Shown in pieces: positions 38,061 to 48,174 of a stretch of 64,000 bases of DNA. The translations under genes and the position numbers were made by a program. Origin of the DNA: a virus; IMG/VR virus record IMGVR_UViG_3300042868_005520, positions 1 through 64,000 of that record; one strand, given 5' to 3'. The notes beneath the pieces are model-generated. The model did no database searches and was not told the DNA's origin. It saw only the letters and a program-made list of their open reading frames with translations. The first letter of the stretch is position 1, and the number at the start of each line of letters is the position of its first letter.

Positions 38061-39016
38061 ACACCCACCACATTATTCTTGGCGATTGTATTGAAGGCAT
38101 GAAAACGCTATCCGACAAATGCGTTCAGACTTGCATTACATCTCCTCCGTACTTCGGCTTGCGTGATTACCAAGGAGGAGAAGCCGAGATTGGTCAAGAA
38201 GACACCGTTGAGGGCTATGTGCAGAAGATGGTCGAGGTGTTCCGCGAGGTGCGCCGTATTCTTCGTAATGACGGTACGCTGTGGCTGAACCTTGGCGACT
38301 CGTACATGAGCGCAAAGAACTGTGCCCCACCACCGCAGACGGTAGCCAACGGCAACGCTCGTAGTATGCCCACTGATTTTATTCCTGCAAACCGTAAGGA
38401 TCAGGATGGGCTGAAGACAAAGGACTTAATTGGTATTCCGTGGCGGGTCGCTCTTGCGCTACAGGCAGACGGATGGTATCTGCGGCAGGACATTATTTGG
38501 AGCAAGCCCAATCCCATGCCTGAAAGCGTGGCAGACCGCTGCACGAAGTCGCATGAGTACATTTTCCTGCTGTCCAAGAAGCCCCACTACTACTACGATC
38601 ACGAAGCGGTAAAGGAACCTGCTCGTAATTGGGGAACCCGTGACCGCACCGAAATGCGGGACGGAACCACTGATCCCAAACTAAAGCACCACGGACTACA
38701 GGGCAAAGAGTGGGAGGAGAATCCACTGAAAAACAAGCGATCCGTATGGACGGTGAATGCGAAAGGCTACAAGGGCGCACACTTTGCGGTGTATCCTGAA
38801 GAACTAGTAACGCCGTGTGTGCTTGCAGGATGCCCCGCAGGAGGCACGGTGTTTGATCCATTCACAGGCAGCGGAACAACTGCTGTGGTGGCTTTGAAGA
38901 ACGGACGGAATTATATTGGGACTGAATTGAATCCCGAATATGTTAAGATTGCAGAAGCGCGTATTAAAGAATCAGTTCCACAAACTCTAGAGGGGATTTT
39001 AAATGAGCAAGTTTAA
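38057..39016 (+). CDS. DNA N4-cytosine/N6-adenine methyltransferase (beta class)
   Basis: TSPPY, HFAVYP, DPFTGSGTT motifs. Confidence 0.93.
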   Translation: MNTHHIILGDCIEGMKTLSDKCVQTCITSPPYFGLRDYQGGEAEIGQEDTVEGYVQKMVEVFREVRRILRNDGTLWLNLGDSYMSAKNCAPPPQTVANGNARSMPTDFIPANRKDQDGLKTKDLIGIPWRVALALQADGWYLRQDIIWSKPNPMPESVADRCTKSHEYIFLLSKKPHYYYDHEAVKEPARNWGTRDRTEMRDGTTDPKLKHHGLQGKEWEENPLKNKRSVWTVNAKGYKGAHFAVYPEELVTPCVLAGCPAGGTVFDPFTGSGTTAVVALKNGRNYIGTELNPEYVKIAEARIKESVPQTLEGILNEQV

Positions 39017-39266
39017 GCCGATTGGAAAATGGATTTGGGTGCAGTCTGAACTTGGTGGGCAAACCGAAACCGAAGCGGGAATCATTTACAATGAAGTAAT
39101 ACGATCTCGGAACATTTGGGCGCGGGTTGTCGCAATTGGTGATAAGATAACGGAAGACATTCGTGTAGGCGACCGTATTCTGTGGGACAGAACACTGAAC
39201 AAGGGTCAAGGACATGACGGCAAAGACATGGTTCATCAGGATTGGATTGCACTCGTAGAACGATAA
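39003..39266 (+). CDS. GroES-like co-chaperonin
   Basis: KPIG..I.V, TEAGII mobile loop, VVAIG, VGDRI. Confidence 0.75.
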   Translation: MSKFKPIGKWIWVQSELGGQTETEAGIIYNEVIRSRNIWARVVAIGDKITEDIRVGDRILWDRTLNKGQGHDGKDMVHQDWIALVER

Positions 39267-39274
39267 GGACACCA

Positions 39275-41830
39275 GTGGACTTCTATACTTCCGTTGACAT
39301 TCGTGGTAAGAACATTCTCTATCGTGGTTGGAAGAACGGACAGCGGCAACACTTGCGCGTTCCGTTTTGCCCCACGCTCTATATTCCTGGCAAGGATAAG
39401 AGTGGAGAGTCTACGCTTACTACGATTCACGGACAGCCTGTACAGCCGATGCAGTTTGAGGATATGCAGGAAGCACGGGGGTTCATTGATCAGTTCAAGG
39501 ATGTTTCTAATTACGCAATCTACGGCAACACGAACTATGTGTACCAGTATCTTTACAAGGAGTTTCCCCACGAAGTCGAATACGATTTCAAAAGCCTCCG
39601 CGTAGCAAACTTTGACATTGAGACATCTTGTGACGGCGGTTTTCCCACGCCCGATTCTCCGACTGAAAGGATTATCGCGATCACAATCTCAATGGGTGAA
39701 AAGACCTATGTGCTAGGCTTGGGAGACTTTCACATTGAGGGAGAGGGAGTTCAGATCACCCCGTATGATGACGAGCGAGAACTTCTAGAAGGCTTTATTG
39801 CCATTTGGAAATTCCTCGACCCCGATATCGTGACAGGATGGAACATTCGCTTTTTTGATATTCCGTACCTTGTGGCGCGGATGAACTATCTTGAAGACGG
39901 GTGGGCGAACTCCCTCTCTCCTTGGGGGAAGATGCGGGAAATGACTGTGAACCGCATGGGGCGGGATCAACAAGCACACATCATTAGTGGTGTGGCTACG
40001 CTTGATTACTTTGAGTTGTACCAAACCTTTACTTATGTAAAGCAGGAATCGTATTCGCTCAACCACATTTCCAAGATGGAATTGGGTGAGGAGAAACTGT
40101 CCTACGGTGAATACGAAACCATTCAGGAGTTCTACACCAAAGACTTTCAGCGATTCATGGAGTATAACCTACAGGATGTGCGACTCGTAGACAAACTAGA
40201 ATCCAAACTAAAACTCATGGAACTAGCGGTGGCGTTGGCGTATTCCGCCCGTGTAAACTTTGAGGATGTGTTTTCTCAGGTTCGCACATGGGATGCCATT
40301 ATTCACCATCACCTGATGAGCAAGGGCATGGTGATTCCACAGAGAACAAGCAACAAGAAGGACGATCAGTACGCGGGTGCGTATGTGAAGGATCCACTTG
40401 TGGGCAAGCACGATTGGGTTGTGAGTTTCGACTTGAACTCTCTGTATCCAATGTTGATTGCGGGTTACAATATTAGTCCCGAAACAATGGAGCAGAATCC
40501 TGTTTGGAAACGCGGAAGCATTAGTCCTGATTCCATTTTGAGCAGGAACCGAGCAGAGCCTGTTTCGGAGTTCCTTGACCCTGCGGAATATTTGAGCGAA
40601 GCCAAGCGGTGCAATCTTTCTATTGCTGCTAATGGAGTTGCTTTCAGAAAAGACAAGCAAGGCTTTCTTGGAGAACTCATGGAGAAGATGTATGCGGAAC
40701 GCAAACACTTCAAGGGGTTGATGATCCAAGCGCAGAAGCGGCTTGTGGAATTGGATAAGTCTGCTCCCGCCGAAGAGCGGCAGCGGATTGAATACGAGAT
40801 TTCCAAGTACCACAATTTTCAATTGGTTCGCAAGATTCAATTGAACTCCATGTACGGCAGTCTTGGCAATCAGTACTCCCGATGGTTTGATGTAGCCCTA
40901 GCAGAAGCCATTACACTATCAGGTCAGTTAAGCATTCAATGGATTGGTGACGGTATCAATCGCTTTCTCAACAAGGTGTTGAAAACCGATGGGGAAGACT
41001 ATGTGATTGCTTCCGATACTGATTCCGTATATCTGCGTCTTGGTGGCGTGGTGGGGATGAGCAAGAAGCACCAAGCCCAAGATCAGGTAGACTTCCTGAA
41101 TGATTTCTGTGAGCGAGTTCTACAGCCGTACATCAACAAGCAGTTCGCCGAACTTTCATCTGTAATGAATGCGTATGCGAACAAGATGGCAATGGGACGC
41201 GAAGTTATTGCAGAGAGTGGCGTGTGGACTGCCAAGAAGCGGTATATGCTTTCTGTTTGGGATAGTGAGGGTGTTCGGTACAAGACTCCAAAGTTCAAGA
41301 TCATGGGCATGGAGACTGCTAGATCGTCTACCCCTGCGTATGTTCGTAAGGCACTAAAGACTGCCATTGAAATGGTTCTTGTTGGTGATGAAGTAACGCT
41401 TCAAAAGTTTGTTGTAAAGACCGAGAAGGAGTTCAAGTCATTGCCTGTGGAAGAAGTGGCTTCTCCCCGTGGCGTATCTAATATAGACGAGTACTCTGAC
41501 TCCCTGACTATTTACAAGAAGTCTACACCCATTGCTGTTAAGGCTGCGCTGCTTCACAACAACATGATCAAGCAATTAAAACTTGGTCGCAAGTATCGGC
41601 TTATTGGTGAGGGCGAGAAGATGAAGTTCATCTATCTGAAAACACCTAATCCTATTCACGAAGGTGTTATTGGATTTCCTGTTACCATGCCTAAAGAGTT
41701 TGATCTTCAAAAATACATTGACTACGATACTCAATTCAAAAAGACTTTCCTTGAGCCTCTACGCACAATCACCAATGCGGTGGGGTGGAGTCCTGAAGAA
41801 AGAAATAGTCTTGAGTCTCTGTTTGCTTGA
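39275..41830 (+). CDS. gp43: Family B DNA polymerase
   Basis: DIET, GWN..FFD, SFDLNSLYP, K..LNS.YG, SDTDS, KKRY; GTG start after AAGGA. Confidence 0.98.
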   Translation: MDFYTSVDIRGKNILYRGWKNGQRQHLRVPFCPTLYIPGKDKSGESTLTTIHGQPVQPMQFEDMQEARGFIDQFKDVSNYAIYGNTNYVYQYLYKEFPHEVEYDFKSLRVANFDIETSCDGGFPTPDSPTERIIAITISMGEKTYVLGLGDFHIEGEGVQITPYDDERELLEGFIAIWKFLDPDIVTGWNIRFFDIPYLVARMNYLEDGWANSLSPWGKMREMTVNRMGRDQQAHIISGVATLDYFELYQTFTYVKQESYSLNHISKMELGEEKLSYGEYETIQEFYTKDFQRFMEYNLQDVRLVDKLESKLKLMELAVALAYSARVNFEDVFSQVRTWDAIIHHHLMSKGMVIPQRTSNKKDDQYAGAYVKDPLVGKHDWVVSFDLNSLYPMLIAGYNISPETMEQNPVWKRGSISPDSILSRNRAEPVSEFLDPAEYLSEAKRCNLSIAANGVAFRKDKQGFLGELMEKMYAERKHFKGLMIQAQKRLVELDKSAPAEERQRIEYEISKYHNFQLVRKIQLNSMYGSLGNQYSRWFDVALAEAITLSGQLSIQWIGDGINRFLNKVLKTDGEDYVIASDTDSVYLRLGGVVGMSKKHQAQDQVDFLNDFCERVLQPYINKQFAELSSVMNAYANKMAMGREVIAESGVWTAKKRYMLSVWDSEGVRYKTPKFKIMGMETARSSTPAYVRKALKTAIEMVLVGDEVTLQKFVVKTEKEFKSLPVEEVASPRGVSNIDEYSDSLTIYKKSTPIAVKAALLHNNMIKQLKLGRKYRLIGEGEKMKFIYLKTPNPIHEGVIGFPVTMPKEFDLQKYIDYDTQFKKTFLEPLRTITNAVGWSPEERNSLESLFA

Positions 41831-41872
41831 TCCCGTCCCTACATACAGTAACCCCTAACAAAAGGATTCATT

Positions 41873-42193
41873 ATGGCTACAAAGATCGTGAAGGTGCTGA
41901 CTGGCGAAGAAATTATTGCAATGATTACGGAAAACTTTGAGGGCGACAAAGTTGTGTCGTATACTTTAAAGAATCCGTGCATGGTTGTGCCTGTGCCAAG
42001 CAAGGGCGGCGGTACAAATATTGCAGTCGTGCCGTGGATGGCATCAGTCAAGGATACAAAGGTTACAGTTCCTGCATCGTATGTAATGTTCACTGCTGAT
42101 CCTGCCACGGATCTTGCAAATGAATTTAATGGTGCATTCAATGGACTAGTTGTTCCGTCCACTGGCTCTTCAGGACTGAAACTCTCTACCTGA
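41873..42193 (+). CDS. Hypothetical protein (Sm-like)
   Basis: KVLTGEEIIA, LKNP, PW motifs; CTACATA at 41839. Confidence 0.6.
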   Translation: MATKIVKVLTGEEIIAMITENFEGDKVVSYTLKNPCMVVPVPSKGGGTNIAVVPWMASVKDTKVTVPASYVMFTADPATDLANEFNGAFNGLVVPSTGSSGLKLST

Positions 42194-42378
42194 TGCAAAC
42201 CTTAAACATCGAATATTTGAAAGGTCTTCTCCAAAAAAGAAAAGACCTGCTTCGACATGAAGTAAAGCAGATGATCGTTGACAAACTCACTCCTCTTGAT
42301 ACAATTAGGAGTTGTGAGGCAGAGATGGAATTGATTGACACTCAACACAAGGCATTAAGACATTATGAAACTGAATGA
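42193..42378 (+). CDS. Small hypothetical protein
   Basis: TGATG coupling, helical composition. Confidence 0.5.
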   Translation: MQTLNIEYLKGLLQKRKDLLRHEVKQMIVDKLTPLDTIRSCEAEMELIDTQHKALRHYETE

Positions 42379-43414
42379 TATTTTGAAGGCGGCAAACAAC
42401 AAGTACGCAACCATTGCAGCAGATGGATTGGAGGGCAGCGATGTCAAGGGATTTATTTCCACGGGATCGTATTCTTTTAATGCTCTACTGAGTGGTTCTA
42501 TTTACGGCGGCATTCCCGACAACAAGATTATTGCTCTTGCGGGTGAACAAGCCACGGGCAAGACTTACTTTGCGCTGAATGTGGTTCGTGAATTTCTTGA
42601 TAGTGATCCCACCGCAATGGTGCTGTATTTTGATACAGAGCAAGCCATCACTAGTGAAATGCTTGACTCTCGCGGAATTGATCGTTCGCGGGTGGCTGTG
42701 CTGCCTGTTGCCACGGTGGAAGAGTTCCGTCACCAATGTGTTCTCACCGTGGACAAGTATTTGGAGACAGACAGCAAGTCTCGTCCTCGCATGATGATTG
42801 TGCTTGACTCTTTGGGAATGTTGTCCACAGAGAAGGAAATGAACGACACCGCCGAAGGCAAGGGAACCCGTGACATGACTCGCGCACAGGTTCTCAAGGC
42901 TACCTTCCGTGTGCTCACCATCAAGTTGGGCTACGCCCGTATTCCACTTATTCTTACGAATCACACTTACGATGTTGTGGGTGCGTATATTCCAATGAAG
43001 GAAATGGGTGGGGGCAGCGGTCTGAAGTACGCTGCGTCCACTATCATCTACCTGTCCAAGAAGAAGGACAAGGTTGACAACGAGGTGGTTGGCAATATCA
43101 TTCACTGCAAGACCAACAAGAGCCGTATGACGAAGCAGGACAAGATGATTGATGTGCAGTTGAATTTTGAAACAGGACTCAACAAGTACTACGGGCTATT
43201 GGATGTGGCAATCAAGTACGGCATCTTCACCAAGGTGTCCACGAAGATTCAGTTGCCCACAGGCAAGACGGCTTTCGAGTCACAGATTAATCGGGATCCT
43301 GAGAAGTACTACACTCCCGATGTGCTTGCAGCAATTGAAGTTGCCGTGAAGAAGGAGTTCTGCTACGGAACGGATGAGAAGCCTGAGCCTGAAGCCACAA
43401 CAGACGAGGAGTGA
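42365..43414 (+). CDS. uvsX: RecA-like recombinase
   Basis: GEQATGKT, YFDTE, DSLGML, DMTRA, MGGGSGLKYAAS. Confidence 0.96.
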   Translation: MKLNDILKAANNKYATIAADGLEGSDVKGFISTGSYSFNALLSGSIYGGIPDNKIIALAGEQATGKTYFALNVVREFLDSDPTAMVLYFDTEQAITSEMLDSRGIDRSRVAVLPVATVEEFRHQCVLTVDKYLETDSKSRPRMMIVLDSLGMLSTEKEMNDTAEGKGTRDMTRAQVLKATFRVLTIKLGYARIPLILTNHTYDVVGAYIPMKEMGGGSGLKYAASTIIYLSKKKDKVDNEVVGNIIHCKTNKSRMTKQDKMIDVQLNFETGLNKYYGLLDVAIKYGIFTKVSTKIQLPTGKTAFESQINRDPEKYYTPDVLAAIEVAVKKEFCYGTDEKPEPEATTDEE

Positions 43415-43415
43415 T

Positions 43416-44828
43416 ATGAGTCAGACGGAACGAACGATCCTATCGGGACTGCTTAATGATTCTGAATTCTGCAAGAAGACTATTCCATTCTTGCAAGAGG
43501 AATACTTTATTGATCGGGTAGACAAGACGGTTTTTCGTTCTGTTCAGAAGTTTGTGGAAGAGTACAAGGGGGTTCCAAGCAAAGAAGCCCTGCTGATTTC
43601 CATTGAGGGAGACAAGAGTATTAGTGAGGATGAATTCTCGCGATGCAAGACTCTTGTTGGAGAGATGTGCAAGTCTACAAAACAGGATACTGATTGGTTG
43701 GTAAAAACCACCGAGAAGTTCTGTCAAGACAAGGCTATCTACAATGCTATTCTTGAGTCAATTCAAATTATTGACGGCAAAGACAAGACACGCACCCCCT
43801 TGGCTCTTCCCGAAATTCTATCAAAGGCACTTGCTGTTTCCTTTGATACCGATGTGGGTCACGACTTTCTTGAGGACTACGAAGAGCGGTACGAGTTCTA
43901 TCACAGGGTAGAGAAGCGCATTCCGTTTGACTTGGAGATGTTCAACACCATTACCAAGGGCGGTATCTGCTCCAAGACCTTGAATATTTTCATGGCAGGA
44001 ACGGGTGTAGGTAAGAGTGCGTTCATGTGCCATCACGCTGCGGCGTGTCTCATGCAAAACAAGAATGTGCTGTACATTACTCTTGAGATGGCAGAAGAGC
44101 GAATTGCCGAACGCATTGACGCAAACATCATGGATATTTCAATGGAAGACATGACTGACTTGTCTTTGGAAATGTACAAGAAGCGGTTGCAAGCGCACAC
44201 ACGGGGAGTCAGCGGTAAACTCATTGTTAAAGAGTATCCCACATCGTCTGCGAATGCAAATCACTTTCGTATTCTGTTGGACGAGTTGCGAATGAAGAAG
44301 CAGTTTGTTCCCGATATTATATTCATTGACTATATTAATATCTGCTCGTCTTCCCGCTTCAAGAGCGGTGGCACAATTAATTCATACGGATATATCAAGG
44401 CTATTGCCGAAGAGTTGCGTGGCTTGGCAATGGAACGGGATGTTCCTATCATCTCTGCCACACAGACTAATCGTGGTGGCTTCTCGTCTACCGATGTGGA
44501 CTTGACTGATACTGCGGAATCGTTTGGACTTCCTGCAACAGCAGACTTGATGATTGCCCTGATCACCACCGATGAATTGGAAAAGTCGGGACACATCTTG
44601 GTGAAGCAGTTGAAGAACCGATACAATACAAAGGCAGCAAACAAAAAGTTTATTGTGGGGTTGAACTACTCCAAGATGAAGTTCTTTGATGTGGACAGCA
44701 GCGAGTCGGAAGACTTGATGGACGCAAACATCAACAAAAAGGAAACAGACGGCTTTGGAAGTGGTTACGGCAAGGACTTAAAGAGTAAGTTTGATACTAA
44801 GCGTGATACCTCTGATTGGAGTGTGTGA
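43416..44828 (+). CDS. gp41: Replicative DnaB-like helicase
   Basis: AGTGVGKS, TLEMAEE.IAERIDAN, DYINI, ATQTNR, ESFGLPATAD, QLKNRY. Confidence 0.97.
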   Translation: MSQTERTILSGLLNDSEFCKKTIPFLQEEYFIDRVDKTVFRSVQKFVEEYKGVPSKEALLISIEGDKSISEDEFSRCKTLVGEMCKSTKQDTDWLVKTTEKFCQDKAIYNAILESIQIIDGKDKTRTPLALPEILSKALAVSFDTDVGHDFLEDYEERYEFYHRVEKRIPFDLEMFNTITKGGICSKTLNIFMAGTGVGKSAFMCHHAAACLMQNKNVLYITLEMAEERIAERIDANIMDISMEDMTDLSLEMYKKRLQAHTRGVSGKLIVKEYPTSSANANHFRILLDELRMKKQFVPDIIFIDYINICSSSRFKSGGTINSYGYIKAIAEELRGLAMERDVPIISATQTNRGGFSSTDVDLTDTAESFGLPATADLMIALITTDELEKSGHILVKQLKNRYNTKAANKKFIVGLNYSKMKFFDVDSSESEDLMDANINKKETDGFGSGYGKDLKSKFDTKRDTSDWSV

Positions 44829-45820
44829 TGTCTGCCTACATCGACAAAAAATATATCAACATGGTGTCGCCGCAACTACAGCGGTTCAAGTGGAAGAGTG
44901 CAGAACTAGCCAATTGCCGATGTCCTCTTTGCGGAGACTCACAACGCAACAAGACAAAGGCTCGTGGTTTTTTCTTTCCGAAGAAGAACGACTACTTTTT
45001 TAAATGCCACAACTGTGGTATTGGTCACTCCATGTATCGGTTCTTGCAGTTCGTGGCTCCTGCTCTTGCACACGAGTACGCGCTTGAGCGGTGGCGCAAC
45101 GGCGAGAACGGAAAAAGTAATTATGTAAAGCCTGACGAGCAGATTCTTGCCCTGCCAAAAGCGGATATCCGTCTGCCAAAAATTGCATCGCTTCCCACCG
45201 ATCATCCCGCACAGAAATATTTGGAGTCTCGCAAGGTTCCACACCTTGACCGTTTCTATTTTTCAAATAGTTTTGGTGATTGGGTTAGATCCATTGACCC
45301 TACATACCTTACCGTTCCGAATGACGAGCGTATCGTTATACCGTTCGTGAACAAAGCAGGGGATCTCGTAGCAGCGCAAGGACGCAGCCTAAGTGGTTCC
45401 AAGAATGCCATCCGATACATCACCGTGAAGTTCTGCAAAGACGGCAGAGCCATTTACGGCGAAGATCGTTTGGACTACTCTAGGAGAGTCTATGCAGTTG
45501 AAGGTCCGATTGATTCTGTATTTTTGGATAATGGCATTGCTTTGGCAGGTTGCGAACTCGCCCACGCTACTAAACTCTTTAGTGATTGCGTTATTGTATA
45601 CGATAATGAGCCTCGCAACACGGAGATTGTCGCCAAAGTGCAAGAAGCCATCTCCGCAGGGTACACCGTATGCGTGTGGTCTGACAGCGTAGACGAGAAA
45701 GACATTAACGACATGGTGCTTGCAGGACGCACACCACAAGAAGTTCAGAAGTTGATTGACGAGTGTTCGTGTAGTGGTCTTGTTGCCCATGCACGGTTTT
45801 CACAATGGAGGATGCGATGA
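44828..45820 (+). CDS. gp61: DNA primase
   Basis: CPLCGDS..CHNC zinc finger, EGPIDS.F, YDNEPRN, KDINDM. Confidence 0.97.
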   Translation: MSAYIDKKYINMVSPQLQRFKWKSAELANCRCPLCGDSQRNKTKARGFFFPKKNDYFFKCHNCGIGHSMYRFLQFVAPALAHEYALERWRNGENGKSNYVKPDEQILALPKADIRLPKIASLPTDHPAQKYLESRKVPHLDRFYFSNSFGDWVRSIDPTYLTVPNDERIVIPFVNKAGDLVAAQGRSLSGSKNAIRYITVKFCKDGRAIYGEDRLDYSRRVYAVEGPIDSVFLDNGIALAGCELAHATKLFSDCVIVYDNEPRNTEIVAKVQEAISAGYTVCVWSDSVDEKDINDMVLAGRTPQEVQKLIDECSCSGLVAHARFSQWRMR

Positions 45821-46500
45821 AAGAAGTAAAGGTTCTTGATAACGGATTCGTGCAGTATGTTTCTCATATGGGAAATGATTTAACTGTTGCAAATGCAGCG
45901 CGTGTATCGTTTCACAAGATTAGCGAAGAGTTCACCGACAAGGACGGTAAACTTATTAACTATCTTGCCAAGCACAAGCATTGGACTCCGTTCGCCCATC
46001 CACAAATCACACTGCGGATCAAGGCTCCCATCTTTGTTCGCACCCAACTCTTTAAACATAAAGTTGGCATGACTGAGAATGAAGTAAGCCGCCGCTATGT
46101 TTCCGATCCACCCGTGGTGTACCTTCCTCGTTGGCGTGGCAAGCCTACAGGTGGAGCCAAACAAGGCTCCGAAGACTTTATGCCTATAGATGACGAGTAC
46201 AACACTGTGAATCGACACTACGAAATAACGGTGCGGGAATGCCTACTAACCTATGATGAACTCCTGAAGCGGGGCGTGGCTCCCGAACAGGCTCGTGCGG
46301 TGCTGCCACAGGGAACCTATACCGAATGGTGGTGGACGGGATCGCTCTCGGCATTCGCAAGAGTGTACTCACAACGCAGTGATTCTCATGCACAATGGGA
46401 ATGTCAAGAGTACGCCTCCGCAATAGCAGCAGTAATCTCTCCACTATTCCCCCATTCTTGGGGTGCTTTAACCGCCAAGCCACCCATCTCCCTCGCCTAA
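45817..46500 (+). CDS. thyX: FAD-dependent thymidylate synthase
   Basis: NAARVSF, HWTPF.H, QLFKHK (RHR variant), NEVSRRY, EQAR.VLPQ, HAQWE. Confidence 0.95.
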   Translation: MKEVKVLDNGFVQYVSHMGNDLTVANAARVSFHKISEEFTDKDGKLINYLAKHKHWTPFAHPQITLRIKAPIFVRTQLFKHKVGMTENEVSRRYVSDPPVVYLPRWRGKPTGGAKQGSEDFMPIDDEYNTVNRHYEITVRECLLTYDELLKRGVAPEQARAVLPQGTYTEWWWTGSLSAFARVYSQRSDSHAQWECQEYASAIAAVISPLFPHSWGALTAKPPISLA

Positions 46501-46508
46501 ATACGGGG

Positions 46509-48170
46509 ATGACCGATTCACCTAGTTCAAACTCACCCACAGAGCCGCGCCGAACTGCTGCCATTTCCAGTGGTAAGTATTCATCGGGTTCTGTATTTCG
46601 TTTAGTACGGGAGATCCGTGGTTCCGCGTACTCTGTGGGTGACGAGTTTATTCTTTCAGAAGAGCAGGACTGCTTTAATCCTAGCATTCTACGGCTTGGT
46701 GGCGTTGGCGAAAACTATTTTGCTGACCCAAGTGGTCGCCCTCTTAAAATTGAAGCGGGAGACAAGCAGATTGATTCTATTTTTCAATTGGTAGAACCCA
46801 CTGCTGTACCATTACTAGAAGAAATTAAAGTGGTTTCGCCTCCTGTACGAAATGTTTCAGAGACAGAGTTTTCTGCATTCCGTTCAGGGTTGGCTGATCT
46901 ACTCACTGAGATTTCTGCTGTTACGCCCACACAAGGTGAACGAGGCGAACGGGGTACTCGTGGATACACAGGTGTTCAGGGAGCAAAAGGCGATAAGGGT
47001 GACAAGGGAGATCAGGGAGAACAAGGACAAGCAGGAATCACTGGTGAACGGGGACAGCAAGGTGAGCAGGGAGTTGCTGGTGTTCAGGGTGATAAGGGAG
47101 ACAAAGGCGATACGGGTAGTAGTGGTGCTGATGGAGTGCAAGGAGTTCAAGGCAACAAGGGTGATAAGGGTGATCGCGGAGATCAGGGGCTGCAAGGAGT
47201 TCAGGGCAAGAAGGGCGACACGGGAGTTGCAGGTAAAAAAGGAGACAAGGGCGACAAGGGAGATCGCGGTGAGCAAGGACTTCGCGGTGTTAGTGGTGCG
47301 CGAGGCGAAGCAGGAGTAGCAGGAGTAGCAGGTAAACGCGGTGCTGATGGTGCTGACGGCAAGGCGGGAGTCAAGGGAGTCCGAGGAGCCAAGGGAGATA
47401 AAGGCAGCACTGGCGATTCAGGTATTGTTTCTGCTAAGTTTCCACTTGTTTATGACGCAGCCGAAAAAACCATCTCAATTGATGAGGCACGGCTAGACAA
47501 AATTCTCAAGAAGATTCTTGGCGGCGGCAAGGTGTCTCCACAAGACATGGGTTGGCTTGCGTCCACGGGTGGTGGCGGCAAGGTGGCTGTGCACATTAAC
47601 GGCTCCAAGATTACTCCTGATGTTCGCACACTAGACTTTACAGGCGCAGGAGTCACGGCTTCCAAGGTTGGTGGCAAGGTCACCATTAATTTTACAGGCA
47701 CAGGTGGTGGAACCGCCGCAGCAGGAACAAACTTCTACTATCGAGAAAATCCACCTGTTGCGATTGATGGAGTTACTATTGGTTCTCGTTGGATGGACTC
47801 CGACAACGGACAAGAGTACATCTACATTAATGACGGAAATACTCAGCAGTGGGTGCAGCCAGCAATTCCAAATGTAATATCAAGTGTTGTTCACACCGTT
47901 GTGACTATTAGTGCCGCAACTTACGAGGCAAGCAATCTAGACTATTACATTGGGGTTAGTTCTGGAGTTCCATCAACTATTACTCTGCCTGAAGGACCAG
48001 CATACGGGCGAGAGGTAATAATTAAAGATGAATCAGGGCAGTCAAACACCTACCCTATCACGGTGGTTGGTGCAGATTCCGCTCTCATAGATAATCAGGC
48101 TGGTGTTACTATTGATACCAACAATAGAGCAATTCATTTTATATACAACAGTGGATGGAGAATAATATAA
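46509..48170 (+). CDS. Collagen-like repeat protein (probable fibre/virion appendage)
   Basis: 54 uninterrupted Gly-X-Y triplets; C-terminal G.RW.DS..G.EY.Y..DG...QWV and ITLP...G....IKDE.G domains; ATG 5 nt after CTAAATA. Confidence 0.85.
   Translation: MTDSPSSNSPTEPRRTAAISSGKYSSGSVFRLVREIRGSAYSVGDEFILSEEQDCFNPSILRLGGVGENYFADPSGRPLKIEAGDKQIDSIFQLVEPTAVPLLEEIKVVSPPVRNVSETEFSAFRSGLADLLTEISAVTPTQGERGERGTRGYTGVQGAKGDKGDKGDQGEQGQAGITGERGQQGEQGVAGVQGDKGDKGDTGSSGADGVQGVQGNKGDKGDRGDQGLQGVQGKKGDTGVAGKKGDKGDKGDRGEQGLRGVSGARGEAGVAGVAGKRGADGADGKAGVKGVRGAKGDKGSTGDSGIVSAKFPLVYDAAEKTISIDEARLDKILKKILGGGKVSPQDMGWLASTGGGGKVAVHINGSKITPDVRTLDFTGAGVTASKVGGKVTINFTGTGGGTAAAGTNFYYRENPPVAIDGVTIGSRWMDSDNGQEYIYINDGNTQQWVQPAIPNVISSVVHTVVTISAATYEASNLDYYIGVSSGVPSTITLPEGPAYGREVIIKDESGQSNTYPITVVGADSALIDNQAGVTIDTNNRAIHFIYNSGWRII
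46935..47423 (+). repeat. Gly-X-Y collagen repeat coding tract
   Basis: GER GER GTR ... GST GDS, 54 triplets counted. Confidence 0.95.
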
Positions 48171-48174
48171 TTCC

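Noticed and set aside
21409-43105. Long antisense ORFs (21409-22065, 30340-31017, 40223-40840, 42485-43105)
   Set aside because: They lie opposite well-supported genes and have no recognisable motifs; most likely codon-bias shadows
46935-47423. CRISPR-like or non-coding tandem array
   Set aside because: The periodicity is 9 bp and fully explained by Gly-X-Y coding; no repeat-spacer structure was seen anywhere
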